NCBI GenBank assembly: GCA_040767085.1
Contig: JAXGPF010000005.1
Span: 288,001-352,000, forward strand
Source: Kiritimatiellia bacterium
GTDB lineage: Bacteria; Verrucomicrobiota; Kiritimatiellia; JAAZAB01
Direction of reading: 5' to 3'
Length of the DNA: 64,000 nucleotides
Each line of letters starts with the position of its first letter. The stretch's first letter is position 1. Below, piece by piece: positions 20,548 through 31,835 of the stretch. A program made the position numbers and the translations under genes. The notes under the pieces are model-generated. The model saw only the letters and a list, made by a program, of their open reading frames with translations. It was not told the origin of the DNA and did no database searches.

Positions 20548-21146
20548 TGCGGCGCCTCTCCATCCGACGCTTGCCGCGCGGCACCGATTTGATCCTTGTG
20601 CCGCCGATACACTGCCAGTCCGCTATTCAAAGCCGCCACTACGGCCCGCGGCGAGATGGTGGCGCCGGTGATGGCGGCGATATCGCCGCCATCCTTGGCC
20701 ACGGCCCACTTGGTGGCGGCAATGCCGCGGTTCTTGAACTGATCGGTAAAACCGGGCTCCGCGATCCTGGCGCCCAAACCGGGTGTCTCCAGTTGTTCAA
20801 TGATTTCCACGCCGCGCACCGTGTCATCCGCCCCCACCCCGGCCATGATGCGGATAGCGCCGCTGTAGCCCTGGTCGGAGGCCGCCTCAAAGGCCGCGCC
20901 GGCAAAGGCTCCCTTCAGCCGCGCCACGTAAAAAGTCCATTCGCAGCCGCCGTCCTGAATCACGCAGGTATCGGCCATGGGATCGTTGTCGTATTCCGGC
21001 AAGACCTGGCGCATGGCGTCAAGTTTTTCCGCGCGCCGGGACTGGGCGATCGGTTCGCGGGTGACGCTGTTGGACAGCGCCAGCAAACCGCCGGCCAACG
21101 CGCTGATCAGGGTCAGCACGCCCGCCATTTTCAACAGCTCTTTCAT
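20544..21146 (-). CDS. rnfG: Rnf subunit G (FMN-binding)
   Basis: GYSG, ETPGLG, ITGATISP flavinylation motif. Start at MKELLK. Confidence 0.93.
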   Translation of the reverse strand: MKELLKMAGVLTLISALAGGLLALSNSVTREPIAQSRRAEKLDAMRQVLPEYDNDPMADTCVIQDGGCEWTFYVARLKGAFAGAAFEAASDQGYSGAIRIMAGVGADDTVRGVEIIEQLETPGLGARIAEPGFTDQFKNRGIAATKWAVAKDGGDIAAITGATISPRAVVAALNSGLAVYRRHKDQIGAARQASDGEAPQ

Positions 21147-22150
21147 GTTTTTTTCTTCCCAAACACCCGCGGCCGGGTGGCGCGATTCAGAAGCGGCGTG
21201 AAGGCGTTCATGATAACGATCGCGAAGCTCACACCTTCGGGGTAGCCGCCCCACTTGCGGATGATGACGGTTAAAACTCCGCAACCGATGCCGAAAATCA
21301 GCATGCCCGGGTGCGTCACCGGCGTGGTGACCATGTCCGTGGCCATGAAAATGGCGCCCAGCAGCAATCCGCCGGAAAGCAGATGGAACAGCGGGTTCAG
21401 GTTATGCGCCGGATCCACGGCCCACAGCACGCCGCTGAACGCCGCCACGGTGAACAGGTAAGTGACGGGAATATGCCAGGTAATGCAGCGGCGCCGCCAG
21501 AGATACAGTCCGCCCAGCAGCAGCGCCAGCCCGGAAACTTCGCCGATGCAGCCATTGCGGGCGCCCATAAAGAACTGCAAGGCGGTGGCGCCGTCAAATG
21601 CGAACGGCAAATCGCCGCCGGCGCCCAGCGTGGTTTTCAGCAAGCCCAGCGGCGTGGCGGAGGTGACCGACTCAACCCCGGCGGCCGGGGCGGGAATCCG
21701 CCATTCCGACCAGGTGGTCATGGCCACGGGAAATGAAATCAACAGCACAATCCGTCCGATCAGAGCCGGGTTGAAGGGATTATACCCCAGCCCCCCGAAA
21801 ACCTGCTTGGCCACGATAATCGCCGCCAGCGAGCCGACCACCGCCATCCAGGTCGGCAGGCCCGGCGGCAGGTTGAAAGCCAGCAGCAATCCCGTGACCA
21901 CGGCGCTCAGGTCGCCGATTCCCAGATCGCGTCCCATGAGTTTACGGGCGCCCGCCTCCGCGGCCACACAGGTCGCCACGCAGGCCAGCACCAGCCGGAT
22001 GGCATCCCAGCCGAAAAATCTGACTGACGCCGCCAGCGCCGGTGCCAGCGCGACAATCACGGTCAACATGATGCGGCGCACGGAATCACCGGAATGCGCA
22101 TGCGGCGAGGAGCTGACGATCCATTCAGGCTGTTGATTGTCTTCAGTCAT
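21143..22150 (-). CDS. rnfD: Rnf subunit D
   Basis: SSSPH, KQVFGGLGYNPFNPAL, TSATPL, FMATDMVTTP, YPEGVSFA. Confidence 0.95.
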   Translation of the reverse strand: MTEDNQQPEWIVSSSPHAHSGDSVRRIMLTVIVALAPALAASVRFFGWDAIRLVLACVATCVAAEAGARKLMGRDLGIGDLSAVVTGLLLAFNLPPGLPTWMAVVGSLAAIIVAKQVFGGLGYNPFNPALIGRIVLLISFPVAMTTWSEWRIPAPAAGVESVTSATPLGLLKTTLGAGGDLPFAFDGATALQFFMGARNGCIGEVSGLALLLGGLYLWRRRCITWHIPVTYLFTVAAFSGVLWAVDPAHNLNPLFHLLSGGLLLGAIFMATDMVTTPVTHPGMLIFGIGCGVLTVIIRKWGGYPEGVSFAIVIMNAFTPLLNRATRPRVFGKKKT

Positions 22151-22185
22151 ACAGAACAAATTCCAAAACTCACATGTCAGATGAT

Positions 22186-22255
22186 TTAAGGTGTTATTAG
22201 GGTGTTAGGGTTTTAAGGTGTTAGGGTTTTAGGGTTTTAATGTGTTAGGGTGTTA
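22186..22255 (+). repeat. Degenerate 8-bp tandem repeat (TTAGGGTG/TTAGGGTT/TTAAGGTG), 8 units
   Basis: Directly visible in the rnfC-rnfD intergenic gap. Confidence 0.9.
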
Positions 22256-22281
22256 CGCCGGGACAAATTTCAAAACTAACA

Positions 22282-22346
22282 TTCAGGAGTCAGAATACTG
22301 GCTGCTGTCTCCTGAACACTGCTTTCAAAAGCCGGCTTTTGAAAGC
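22282..22346. repeat. Hairpin plus 26-bp perfect palindrome in the rnfC-rnfD gap
   Basis: TTCAGGAG...CTCCTGAA (22282-22316) and GCTTTCAAAAGCCGGCTTTTGAAAGC (22321-22346). Confidence 0.8.
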
Positions 22347-22359
22347 GACTTAAAACGCA

Positions 22360-23712
22360 TCACTTCTTGGCTGCTTCCCGGGCGCGGCGGCGCGCGGCAA
22401 CTTCCGCTTTGCCGAGACGCAGTTGCTGCACCAGGGGGCGATGCGCCGGACACTCAAACGCGCAAGCCCCGCATTCGATGCAATCCAGCACATTCCCGTC
22501 TTCCGCGGCGCTGAAATTCCCGGTTTCCACCAATTCGCTCAATTCACAGGGCATCAGGCCCATGGGGCACGCCGCCACGCAGCGGCCGCAACTGATGCAG
22601 GGCATGGCCGTAAACTGCGCTACCTGGGCGCTGGTCAGGAACAGCAGGCCGGAAGTGGTCTTGGTCATGGCCGACTCCAGGCTGGCTTGCGCCAGGCCCA
22701 TCATCGGTCCCCCGCAAATCACCTTGCCGGGCGCATCCTGCAAGCCGCCGCAGAATTCCGCCAGGCCGGCCAGGGTGGCGCCGATGGGCGCGAGCACATT
22801 CTGCGGATCGCGCAAAGGCCGGCCGGTAACCGTCACCAGCCGATGCGTCAGCGGCGCGCCTTCGGTTACGGCCGCGCAGATGGCCGCGCAGGTGCCGGCG
22901 TTTTCCACCAGGCATCCCACGTCCATCGGCAGGCCGCCGGAAGGCACTTCGCGGCCGGTCACGGCATAAATCTGCTGCTTTTCAGCGCCCTGCGGGTAAT
23001 ATGTGGGCAGCACCACCACCTGCGCGGTCGCGGGCGCCGACTGCATGGCTTTTTCCATGCCGCGGATGGCATCCGGTTTATTATCCTCGATGGCGACGGC
23101 GATGCGTTTGACGCCCAGGATGCCGGCTATGATTTCCACGCCCGCCCAGACGCGTTCCGGCTGTTCGAGCATGAGGCGGTAATCGGCGGTGAGATACGGC
23201 TCGCACTCAGCGCCGTTGACGATCAACGTGTCAATCACGCGCCCGGACGGCGGCGAAAGCTTCACATGCGTCGGGAAGCCCGCGCCGCCCATGCCGACAA
23301 TCCCGGCGGCCGCGATGCGTTCCTTGAGGTGCTTGGGGTCCAGTCTCCGCCAATCCGGCATGGGCGCCAGGCTGGAATCGGCGCCGCCTGCCGGGTCGGT
23401 CTCAATGACGACGGTCATGACCGGCTTGCCGGCCAAACCCGGGATATCTTCCAGCGCCTTAACCGTCCCCGCCGCCGGGGCATGCACCGCGGCGGAGACG
23501 AAGCCATTGGCGGCGCCGATGGCCTGACCCTGCAAGACGGCATCGCCCTTCTTAACCAGCGGCTTGGCGGGCGCGCCCAGGTGCTGGGCCATGGCGACAT
23601 ACAACACCGGCGGCAGCGGCATGGGCCGCACCGGCTTGTCGGCGGTCAAGTTCTTAAAATAACCGGGATGCACTCCGCCCCGCGGGCGGAACGGCGCCTG
23701 GATTACGCGCAT
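22360..23712 (-). CDS. rnfC: Rnf subunit C
   Basis: GGVHP, QHLGAP, GMGGAGFPTHVK, NGAECEPYLTAD, two CxxCxxCxxxCP motifs. Confidence 0.96.
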   Translation of the reverse strand: MRVIQAPFRPRGGVHPGYFKNLTADKPVRPMPLPPVLYVAMAQHLGAPAKPLVKKGDAVLQGQAIGAANGFVSAAVHAPAAGTVKALEDIPGLAGKPVMTVVIETDPAGGADSSLAPMPDWRRLDPKHLKERIAAAGIVGMGGAGFPTHVKLSPPSGRVIDTLIVNGAECEPYLTADYRLMLEQPERVWAGVEIIAGILGVKRIAVAIEDNKPDAIRGMEKAMQSAPATAQVVVLPTYYPQGAEKQQIYAVTGREVPSGGLPMDVGCLVENAGTCAAICAAVTEGAPLTHRLVTVTGRPLRDPQNVLAPIGATLAGLAEFCGGLQDAPGKVICGGPMMGLAQASLESAMTKTTSGLLFLTSAQVAQFTAMPCISCGRCVAACPMGLMPCELSELVETGNFSAAEDGNVLDCIECGACAFECPAHRPLVQQLRLGKAEVAARRRAREAAKK

Positions 23713-24527
23713 ACCGACGCCTCCTCCCGGCGGCCGGAGCGCCGCACAATGATTTTCTGGGGGCACTTGGCCGCCACCGCCGGATCGGCCAGCGGCTTGG
23801 CATAATCCATCACCGCCAGCGCGCCTTCCATTTTCAAGGATTCCGGCGCAGCCCTGGCGCACAAGGTGCAACCGATGCACCCCACCGCGCAGACTTTGCG
23901 CACCGCCGGGCCGCGGTCTTTATTGCGGCACAACACGTGAAACTCGGCGCTCTCCGGCACCAGCCGGATCAATTGCCGCGGGCAAGCCGCGATGCATTTG
24001 CCGCAGCCGATGCACAACTCGGGGTGCACCACCGCCAGACCGTTGCCGGTAATCTCGATGGCATTGACCGGGCAGACCCGAGCGCAGGAGCCCAATCCCA
24101 GGCAGCCATAGGCGCAGGCCTTGTCGCCGCCGGCCACCAGCACGGCCGCCGCGCAATCCGCTACGCCATTGTAAGCAAATTTACGGCGCGCTTCCTTCTG
24201 GCCGCCGTGGCACAGAACAATGGCCACCTGGCGCTCGCGCAATTCCGCCTTGACGCCCAAAAAAGCGGCAATAGCTTCCGCGACGGCGTTGCCGCCCGGC
24301 GCGCACAGGTTGGGAGGCGCTTTTTGGGCGACTATCGCCCGGGCGTAATCGGCGCAGCCGGCAAAACCGCAGGCCCCGCAATTCACCCCCGGCAACAGGC
24401 CGAGCACCGCTTCCACCCGCGGGTCTTCTTTCACACCGAAATAGTGCGAAACCAGGCCGAGGGCGGCGCCGCAAAAAATCCCCAGCCCGCCCAGCACCAT
24501 GACCGCGTTAATAATCTCACCATGCAT
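23703..24527 (-). CDS. rnfB: Rnf subunit B (polyferredoxin)
   Basis: LPGVNCGACGFAGC and multiple ferredoxin motifs. Confidence 0.94.
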   Translation of the reverse strand: MHGEIINAVMVLGGLGIFCGAALGLVSHYFGVKEDPRVEAVLGLLPGVNCGACGFAGCADYARAIVAQKAPPNLCAPGGNAVAEAIAAFLGVKAELRERQVAIVLCHGGQKEARRKFAYNGVADCAAAVLVAGGDKACAYGCLGLGSCARVCPVNAIEITGNGLAVVHPELCIGCGKCIAACPRQLIRLVPESAEFHVLCRNKDRGPAVRKVCAVGCIGCTLCARAAPESLKMEGALAVMDYAKPLADPAVAAKCPQKIIVRRSGRREEASVCA

Positions 24528-24528
24528 A

Positions 24529-25125
24529 TCACATCTTGATCAAGGCCGCAAACCCCATGAAGGCCAGGCTCAACAGCCCGGCGGTCACCAGCGCCAGCGC
24601 CGGACCGCGGAAGGCCTTGGGCGGCTGCGCCCGCTCGATTTTTTCGCGCAAGCCGGTAAAAATCAACAGCGCCAGGGAAAATCCGACCGCCGCACCGAAG
24701 CCAAACACCACGGCTTCCATGAAATTGTATTGCTTCTGGATATTAAGCACGGCCACGCCCAGCACGGCGCAATTAGTGGTGATCAAGGGCAGGAAAATCC
24801 CCAGGGCTTGGTAAAGCTGGAGACTGAATTTCCGGAGAAAAATCTCCACCACCTGCACAAACGCCGCAATCACCAGGATAAACACGATCGTCTGCAGGTA
24901 GGTCAGGTCGACGCCGAACAGCCCCTGCGGCTCCAGCAGGAAACGCGAAACCGACCAGGTCACCGCCGAGCCGCAGGTCATCACAAAAATTACCGCGGCC
25001 GCCATGCCCAGCGCGGTCGGAATATTTTTCGAGACCCCCAGGAACGGACAAATTCCCAGGAAACGGGTCAGCACAAAATTATTTACCAGCACCGCGCTCA
25101 GAATCAAGAGAATATATTTTTCCAT
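24529..25125 (-). CDS. rnfA: Rnf subunit A
   Basis: NNFVLTRFLGICPFLGVS, FLPLITTNCAVLG. Start at MEKYIL. Confidence 0.95.
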   Translation of the reverse strand: MEKYILLILSAVLVNNFVLTRFLGICPFLGVSKNIPTALGMAAAVIFVMTCGSAVTWSVSRFLLEPQGLFGVDLTYLQTIVFILVIAAFVQVVEIFLRKFSLQLYQALGIFLPLITTNCAVLGVAVLNIQKQYNFMEAVVFGFGAAVGFSLALLIFTGLREKIERAQPPKAFRGPALALVTAGLLSLAFMGFAALIKM

Positions 25126-25297
25126 GGCTTGTCTGCCGGGAAACAAATGCAGCCTGGCTGATTCAAAAAACAAACCACGCCAGTATAGATGATCCCGGAG
25201 GAATTGCAATAAAATTAAGCAGCCTTTTCGAGACGTTCCCGGGATGGAATTTGGATTGCATCCCGCACCCGGTTGCGGCACAATCCAAGCTTAACCC

Positions 25298-26935
25298 ATG
25301 CGACCTAAACTCCATCTTCCCGCCCTGCTGGCGGCCCTGCTGGCCGTCGGACCGTTGTACTTGTGCGGCACGTTCAACCACGATCTCTGGCGGCCGGCGG
25401 AAGCCCGGGAGGCGGGCATTGCCTGGCAAATGCTGGAAAACGGCGATTGGACCGCCACCTATCTGAACGAAGATCTGTTCCTGGAAAAGCCTCCGCTTTA
25501 TACATGGGCCATCGCGGTTGGCCTGAAAATTTTCGGCCGCCAGGACTGGGCGGTGCGGCTGCCCGCTTTTTTATTCACCCTCGGCACGTTGGCGCTGGTG
25601 TTTTGCCTGGCGCGCATCCGGCTTTCTTCCCTGGGAGCGCAGGGCGCGCTGGCCAGCCTGGCCACCATGGCCTTGTTCCTGGAAGTCAACCATGGCGCTA
25701 TGATTGACAACGGCCTGATGTTTTTTGTCACCCTGGCCATGCTGGCATTTTACCGGCTGCAAGCCGGCGCGGCCCGGCCGCGCGCCTGGGCCGCGCTCTT
25801 TTACGCCGCGCTGGCCCTGGCCTTCCTGACCAAGGGCGGCATCGGCCCGGCGCTCGTACTGGCGGCGGCCGGCGGCTACACGGCGGCGGGCCGCCTTCGC
25901 GGCATCTGGCGCTGGGCGCATCCGCTGCCGGGCGCCGCCATTCTGCTGGTCTTGATCGGCGGCTGGCTGGCGGCGCTCTGGCGCCAGGGTGGCGCGGAAT
26001 ATTTTCACGTTTTTTTCATCCGCAACAACCTGGACCGGCTGCTGGGGCGGTATGGCCCGACGGGCGCCTGGCATTATTATATCCCTTATGTTTTCAGCAG
26101 CGCCCTGCCCTGGACCCTTCTGCTGCCCGCCGGCATCTGGCGCATCCGGCAGGAATTGCGGCAGCCGGCGGCGCCGCGGGAAGCACGGGATTACTGGCGG
26201 TTCATGGCGTGGTGGTGCGGGGCGTTTTTTGCGATGCTCAGCCTGGCGGGCGGCAAGGATCATCAGTACCTTCTGCCCCTGCTGCCGCCTCTGGCCATCG
26301 CCGGCGGCGCTTGGATCGAACACACCGTCAACAGCCGCGGCATACCGCGCTGGACCATGGTGTTGACCTGGATTTTCACCGCCGGATCGGCCGGGCTCGC
26401 GCTGGCCATGCCCTGGCTGCCCTGGCTGCTCGACGCCCGGCATACCGGCCGCATGGTGTTCGCCGCGCTTTGGACACTGCTGCCGGCGGCCGCCGGTCTG
26501 CTGGCAACGCGCGCGCTCGCGCGCCGGAATTGGCGGGGTTACTGGCGGGCGCTGGCCGTGCTGGCCGCGATCAGCGGGTTCACGCTGGGATTATTCGTGG
26601 AACCGGCGCTGGATCGCGTCAAATCCATCCGCCCCTTAAGCGCGGCACTGCAGGATAACCTGCCGCCGGACGCCGAATTATGGGGGTACGACCTGGATGA
26701 AAACACCGTGGGCGCGCTGGTCTTTTACGGGCATCGCCACCGCCGGCTGGCGGGACTGGGCGACCACCTGCGGCTCCTGGAAGCCGGCCGACCGCAGCGG
26801 ATGCTGCTGATGTCGCGCCAGCCCGGGCGGCAGCCGGATGTCGCGCGGCTGCTGGACACCGGCGACTGGCAAATCCAACTCCACTTCGCCGCCGGCGACC
26901 GCTGGTTCTGGCTGATGGCGCCGCGTGCGGACTGA
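25298..26935 (+). CDS. ArnT/PMT-like (GT-C fold) membrane glycosyltransferase
   Basis: [32 protein letters not shown] and many transmembrane segments. Confidence 0.88.
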   Translation: MRPKLHLPALLAALLAVGPLYLCGTFNHDLWRPAEAREAGIAWQMLENGDWTATYLNEDLFLEKPPLYTWAIAVGLKIFGRQDWAVRLPAFLFTLGTLALVFCLARIRLSSLGAQGALASLATMALFLEVNHGAMIDNGLMFFVTLAMLAFYRLQAGAARPRAWAALFYAALALAFLTKGGIGPALVLAAAGGYTAAGRLRGIWRWAHPLPGAAILLVLIGGWLAALWRQGGAEYFHVFFIRNNLDRLLGRYGPTGAWHYYIPYVFSSALPWTLLLPAGIWRIRQELRQPAAPREARDYWRFMAWWCGAFFAMLSLAGGKDHQYLLPLLPPLAIAGGAWIEHTVNSRGIPRWTMVLTWIFTAGSAGLALAMPWLPWLLDARHTGRMVFAALWTLLPAAAGLLATRALARRNWRGYWRALAVLAAISGFTLGLFVEPALDRVKSIRPLSAALQDNLPPDAELWGYDLDENTVGALVFYGHRHRRLAGLGDHLRLLEAGRPQRMLLMSRQPGRQPDVARLLDTGDWQIQLHFAAGDRWFWLMAPRAD

Positions 26936-26965
26936 CGCCGCACGCGGCATAAGTCGGCGCGGATT

Positions 26966-29086
26966 TTACCGCTTTTCGCCCTGCTTCTCGTCCGTCAGGC
27001 CCTTTTCCTGCATGGCGGCCCGGCGGCTCAGGCGGACGCGGCCGCGCTCGTCAATGCCGATGCATTTCACCCACATCTGGTCGCCCAGCTTGCAGATATC
27101 CTCGACCTTGCCCACCCGGAAGTCGGCCAACTCGCTGATATGCACCAGGCCGTCCTTGCCCGGGAAGATTTCCACGAAGGCGCCGAACTCCTTGATACCG
27201 GTGACCGTCCCGTTGTAAATCACGCCTTCCTCCGCTTCAGCGGTGATCAGGCTGACTTCGCGCAGCGCCATGTCCATGGATTCGCCGTCGGTGCTGAAAA
27301 TGTGGACTGTGCCGTCATCGTCAATGTCAATCTGCGTGCCGGTGACGTCGGTGATGCGGCGGATGTTTTTGCCGCCGGGACCGATCAGCAGGCCGATTTT
27401 CTCCGGATCGATCTTGACCACCTGCACGCGCGGAGCGTAGGGGGACAGTTCGGGGCGCGGGGCGGCAAGGACTGAGTCCATGAAATCGAGAATTCTCAGG
27501 CGCGCCGCATGCGCCCGCTCGAATGCGCCTTCAACCAAATTCCACGGCAGGCTGCGGAGCTTCAGGTCCACCTGGAACCCGGTGATGCCATTGCGGGTGC
27601 CGGCCACCTTGAAATCCATGTCGCCGCAATGATCCTCGTCGCCGAGAATATCGGTCACCAGCATGGCCCGGCGGTCGTCGGTGAACAAACCGATGGAAAT
27701 TCCCGCCACGGGCCGCAGCAGCGGCACGCCGGCATCCATCAACGCCAGGGAACCGACGCAGACACTGGCCATGGAAGTCGAGCCGTTGGACCCCATGATT
27801 TCCGAAACCAGCCGCACGGTGTAAGGATACTCCTTGGGCATCATCTGCTCCAGCGAGCGCTCCGCCAGGTTGCCGTGGCCGATTTCGCGGCGGCCGGTCG
27901 AGCCCAGCCGGCCGACCTCGCCGACGCTGTAAGGCGGGAAATTGTAATGCACCATGAACGCCTTTTCATCCGGACCGCCCGTGATGGCGTCCATCGACTG
28001 GGCGTCGGACTTGCTGCCGAGGGTCACGATGCCCAGGGCCTGGGTTTCGCCGCGGGCGAAAAGCGCCGAGCCGTGCGTGCGGGGAATCAAGCTTACATCC
28101 GCGTTCAACGGCCGCAGTTCGTCGAGCGCGCGCCCGTCAATGCGCCGCTGGTTTTCCAGCACGTTGCGGCGCACGGTTTCAATTTCCAGCCGGTCGCAGG
28201 TCTCGCGGAACTGCTCGGCGGTCATCTCCGGGAAACGCGCCTGCATGGCAGTCTGCAAGGCGGCGCGGATTTCGCCCGTCCGCGTCCGGCGTTCCAGTTT
28301 GCCGGGGATCAGCAGGGCCGCTTCCAGTTCCTTGCCGCAGATTTCGCGCGCCGCCGGCAGCAGGACTTCATCCTGCGGGAGGTCCGCTACGACCTTGTCC
28401 GGCAGTCCCAGTTTGCGGCGCAATTCCAGTTGCAGGTCCACCAGCGCGCGGCAGGCGGCATGGCCGAAACGCATGGCGGCCACCATGTCGGCCTCGGAAA
28501 TCTCCTTGGCATCCCCTTCAATCATGATCGGGTTGTCGCGGTCGCCGACGTAAATCAGGTCCAGATCGCTGGCAGCGCGTTCCTCATTGGTGGGATTCAA
28601 AATGAATTTGCCATCCACGCGGCCGACGCGCACGGCGCCGATCGGGCCGTAAAACGGCAGGTCGGAAATCACCAGGGCGGCGCTGGCTGCCAGGATGCTG
28701 AGGATGTCGCCGTCATTCTTGCCGTCCGCCGACAGCAGCATATTGTTGATTTGAACATCGTTGTGATAGCCCTCCTGGAACAGGGGGCGGATGGGCCGGT
28801 CCGTGAAACGGGCCGTCAGGATTTCCTTTTCCGACGGGCGCGCTTCGCGCTTGAAAAACCCGCCCGGGAAGGCGCCCGCGGCGTAAAATTTTTCGCGGTA
28901 CTCGACCTGCAGGGGGAAATAATCAATGCCTTCGCGGGGAGTTTCCGTGGCCGTGACGGCGGAAAAGACAACAGTTTCACCGAGTTGGACGGTGGCGGCG
29001 CCGCGCGCCTGGCGGGCGAGCAGCCCGGTTTCGATACGGATGGTCTGGCTGCCTAACTGGGTTTCTACAGCGGTTGTGTTTTTCAT
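26966..29086 (-). CDS. pnp: Polyribonucleotide nucleotidyltransferase
   Basis: [39 protein letters not shown] and S1 domains. Confidence 0.98.
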   Translation of the reverse strand: MKNTTAVETQLGSQTIRIETGLLARQARGAATVQLGETVVFSAVTATETPREGIDYFPLQVEYREKFYAAGAFPGGFFKREARPSEKEILTARFTDRPIRPLFQEGYHNDVQINNMLLSADGKNDGDILSILAASAALVISDLPFYGPIGAVRVGRVDGKFILNPTNEERAASDLDLIYVGDRDNPIMIEGDAKEISEADMVAAMRFGHAACRALVDLQLELRRKLGLPDKVVADLPQDEVLLPAAREICGKELEAALLIPGKLERRTRTGEIRAALQTAMQARFPEMTAEQFRETCDRLEIETVRRNVLENQRRIDGRALDELRPLNADVSLIPRTHGSALFARGETQALGIVTLGSKSDAQSMDAITGGPDEKAFMVHYNFPPYSVGEVGRLGSTGRREIGHGNLAERSLEQMMPKEYPYTVRLVSEIMGSNGSTSMASVCVGSLALMDAGVPLLRPVAGISIGLFTDDRRAMLVTDILGDEDHCGDMDFKVAGTRNGITGFQVDLKLRSLPWNLVEGAFERAHAARLRILDFMDSVLAAPRPELSPYAPRVQVVKIDPEKIGLLIGPGGKNIRRITDVTGTQIDIDDDGTVHIFSTDGESMDMALREVSLITAEAEEGVIYNGTVTGIKEFGAFVEIFPGKDGLVHISELADFRVGKVEDICKLGDQMWVKCIGIDERGRVRLSRRAAMQEKGLTDEKQGEKR

Positions 29087-29337
29087 ACTTGTTCTGCGTT
29101 TCCTTGTGTGTTTTTTTGTTTTGTTTTTTTGAAAGGTTGAAAGACGGGGCGGACCGGGCCCGGCGCCATGTTCCCGCCGGCCCGGCGGCCGGCATTACAG
29201 AAGATATGCGGCGCCGGCGCCTCGCAGCAAGGCCAGACTGGATGGATTTTTATCCGGATCGCCCAAACGGCGCCAGATCTTCGGTCAGGCAGGGACGCGG
29301 GTCCGGGCGCGAAGGAGAGCGGCGCCGGCATGGATGA

Positions 29338-29601
29338 CTAATGCCGCAAGTTCAGCCGCTTGATCAGGGACTGGTAACGGGTCTCGTCCTTGCGCTTGAG
29401 GTAATCCAGCAGGCGCCGGCGGGCATTCACCAGCTTGATTAAACCGTACCGGGAACTATGGTCGGCGGTATGCGCTTTGAGGTGTTCGGTCAAGCGGTTG
29501 ATGCGCATCGTCAGCAATGCCGACTGGACATCGGGCGATCCGCTGTCCTTTTCATGCAACTGAAATTGCTTGCTGAACTGCTCTTTGGTCACTTCTTCCA
29601 T
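29338..29601 (-). CDS. rpsO: 30S ribosomal protein S15
   Basis: [31 protein letters not shown]. The true start is the ATG at 29601, not the ORF-track start. Confidence 0.96.
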   Translation of the reverse strand: MEEVTKEQFSKQFQLHEKDSGSPDVQSALLTMRINRLTEHLKAHTADHSSRYGLIKLVNARRRLLDYLKRKDETRYQSLIKRLNLRH

Positions 29602-29707
29602 GCAAACGTCCTTCTCGTGCTGATAGTGTTTTTTAAGCCTGATTTGTTTTGTTGGCGTGCATTCTAGAAAAAACCCGCGCCCATGTAAAGCAATAAATTT
29701 ACGCAGA

Positions 29708-30664
29708 TTATCTCCCGCCGGCGCGGAACCAGGCTCGGACCTTGTCGATATCGCGGACAATCTGGCCGCGCAATTGCGCCGGGGAATCGAAACGCCGTTC
29801 CGGACGCAAGCGGCGGAGAAAACACACCTCCATTTCGAGGCCATAGATATCCTCCCCAAAATCGAGGATATGCGTCTCCACCAGCAAGGGCGGAGCCGCC
29901 GCATCCGCGCCGGCCGGGACCATGGTCGGGCGCCGGCCGACATTGGCCACCCCGCGCAGCCGCCGGCAACCCAGCAGCACCCGCACGGCATACACCCCCG
30001 GCGGCGGCAGGACCTCGTCGGCTGTGGCCAGGTTGGCGGTCGGTGTGCCCAGGCGGCGGCCGCCCAGGCCGCGGCCGGCGGCCACGGTTCCGAACAGGCT
30101 GAAAGGCCGGCCCAGCATGACGGCGGCGGACGCCAGGCGGCCGTCAGCCAGGGCGCGCCGGATGCGCGTGCTGGACACCGGCGCGCCCTGGCGGCAAAGC
30201 GGGGGCACGACCATCGCGCGGAATCCGTGCCGGGCCGCCAGCGTCCGCAGCAATGCCGGCCCCCCGCCGCCGTCGCGGCCGAAAGTCCAATTGCTGCCCG
30301 CGCAGACCGCGGCCAGGCGGGGCGCGGCGGACGCCAGTTCGGCAATGAATGTTTCCGGCGCGCATGCGGCCAGCGCGGTGTTAAACGGCAGCGCGATGCA
30401 CCCATCCATGCCCATGGCCGCGAAGAGGCGCAACTTGTGCGGGAGCCCGGTGAGCAGCAGCGGCGCGGATTCCGGAGCCAGCACCTTCAGGGGATGCGTA
30501 TTGAAAGTCAAGACCCAGGCCGCGCCGCCCAAGCGGCGCGCCGCGGCCGCGGCCCGGCGCAGAATCGCCTGATGCCCCAGATGCACGCCGTCAAAAAATC
30601 CGGCGGCCAGGACCACCGGCCGGCGTTGCGGCTGCAAAACATCCAACTGCCGGCTGAATTTCAT
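29708..30664 (-). CDS. ribF: Bifunctional riboflavin kinase/FAD synthetase
   Basis: [33 protein letters not shown]. Confidence 0.95.
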   Translation of the reverse strand: MKFSRQLDVLQPQRRPVVLAAGFFDGVHLGHQAILRRAAAAARRLGGAAWVLTFNTHPLKVLAPESAPLLLTGLPHKLRLFAAMGMDGCIALPFNTALAACAPETFIAELASAAPRLAAVCAGSNWTFGRDGGGGPALLRTLAARHGFRAMVVPPLCRQGAPVSSTRIRRALADGRLASAAVMLGRPFSLFGTVAAGRGLGGRRLGTPTANLATADEVLPPPGVYAVRVLLGCRRLRGVANVGRRPTMVPAGADAAAPPLLVETHILDFGEDIYGLEMEVCFLRRLRPERRFDSPAQLRGQIVRDIDKVRAWFRAGGR

Positions 30665-30674
30665 GAATCAGCGT

Positions 30675-31415
30675 TTACCCGGAAAGCGGCACGCGCGGAG
30701 ACGGCACGATCAAACGGATCAGGTCCGCGCGCGCCAGGTTTAAAATGTCCCCCAACGGCGCAGCTTCGCTCAGCTTGAAAGCGCCGCTGGCGAGCCGGCG
30801 CAACTGCTCCAGATACGCGCCGCATCCCAGCGCCTCGCCCAGGTCGGCGCAGAGCGTGCGCACGTAACAGCCTTTGCTGCAGCGGACGCGAAACGCCCCG
30901 GATGGCGGCTGAAAATCCAGAAGCGTGAATTCGTATACGCGCACCAGCCGGGGCTGCCGCTCGACCACCTGCCCTTTGCGGGCCAGCCGGTACAGGGGCA
31001 CGCCGTTCTTTTTCAGCGCCGAAACCATCGGCGGCAGTTGCATCAGGTCGCCCGTCAAGCCGGCCATGGCGCGTTCCACATCGGCGCGCGCCACCGCGCT
31101 GCAATCCCGTTCCTGCACCACCTGCCCATCGCCATCCTGGGTATCGGTGGCGATGCCCAGGCGGACCACGCCTTCGTAAATCTTGTCTTCCGCCATCAGG
31201 CGGTCGGCCAGCTTGGTGGCGCGGCCGAGCATGATCACCAGTAACCCGGTAGCCTGGGGATCGAGCGTGCCGGCGTGGCCGACTTTCGGGGCGCCGAAAC
31301 GGCGGCGGATGCGGTCCACCACGTCATGGGACGTCATGCCGGCGGGTTTATCCACCAACAGGATGCCGTCCGGCAGGGCGCCAAAAGGCGCGGTATGGCG
31401 CGATCCCTGTTTCAT
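30675..31415 (-). CDS. truB: tRNA pseudouridine(55) synthase
   Basis: [31 protein letters not shown]. Confidence 0.96.
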   Translation of the reverse strand: MKQGSRHTAPFGALPDGILLVDKPAGMTSHDVVDRIRRRFGAPKVGHAGTLDPQATGLLVIMLGRATKLADRLMAEDKIYEGVVRLGIATDTQDGDGQVVQERDCSAVARADVERAMAGLTGDLMQLPPMVSALKKNGVPLYRLARKGQVVERQPRLVRVYEFTLLDFQPPSGAFRVRCSKGCYVRTLCADLGEALGCGAYLEQLRRLASGAFKLSEAAPLGDILNLARADLIRLIVPSPRVPLSG

Positions 31416-31822
31416 CCGGTTCCGGCCTGCCCTGCCGCGGGCTCCGCCGCCGGATGATCCAGCAACTCCGGCTGCGCGCGCTCCATTGCGGCGATCAAAG
31501 TCAAAACCCGATCGCCTTCGGCGATGGACTCGTCCAACTCGAATTCCAGACGCGGGGTGTACTTGATGGTGATATCGCGGTTGATGCGCTGCTGAATTTC
31601 GAAGCGATGCTGGCCGAGCAGGGCCAGCATGCGCGCCTGTTCCCCGGCCGGCGCGCGGATGGAAACCAGCACCCGGGCCTGGCGCAGGTTGCGGCTGGTG
31701 ATGACGCGGGTAATGGACACCGCCGCCAGGTCGAAGGCCTGCTCGTGCATCACGCGGAAAAGAGAATCCCCGATTTCGCGCTTCAACAACTCGTTTACCC
31801 TGGTCAAGCGGTCCACGTGCAT
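31412..31822 (-). CDS. rbfA: Ribosome-binding factor A
   Basis: [26 protein letters not shown]; lies between infB and truB. Confidence 0.93.
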   Translation of the reverse strand: MHVDRLTRVNELLKREIGDSLFRVMHEQAFDLAAVSITRVITSRNLRQARVLVSIRAPAGEQARMLALLGQHRFEIQQRINRDITIKYTPRLEFELDESIAEGDRVLTLIAAMERAQPELLDHPAAEPAAGQAGTG

Positions 31823-31835
31823 GTCATCCCCGCCC

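Noticed and set aside
22186-22255. Eukaryotic telomere contamination
   Set aside because: The period is 8 rather than 6, the units are degenerate, and the tract lies between intact collinear rnf genes.
29602-30405. Apparent long N-terminal extension of rpsO (355-aa ORF)
   Set aside because: It overlaps ribF in another frame; S15 homology starts at ATG 29601.
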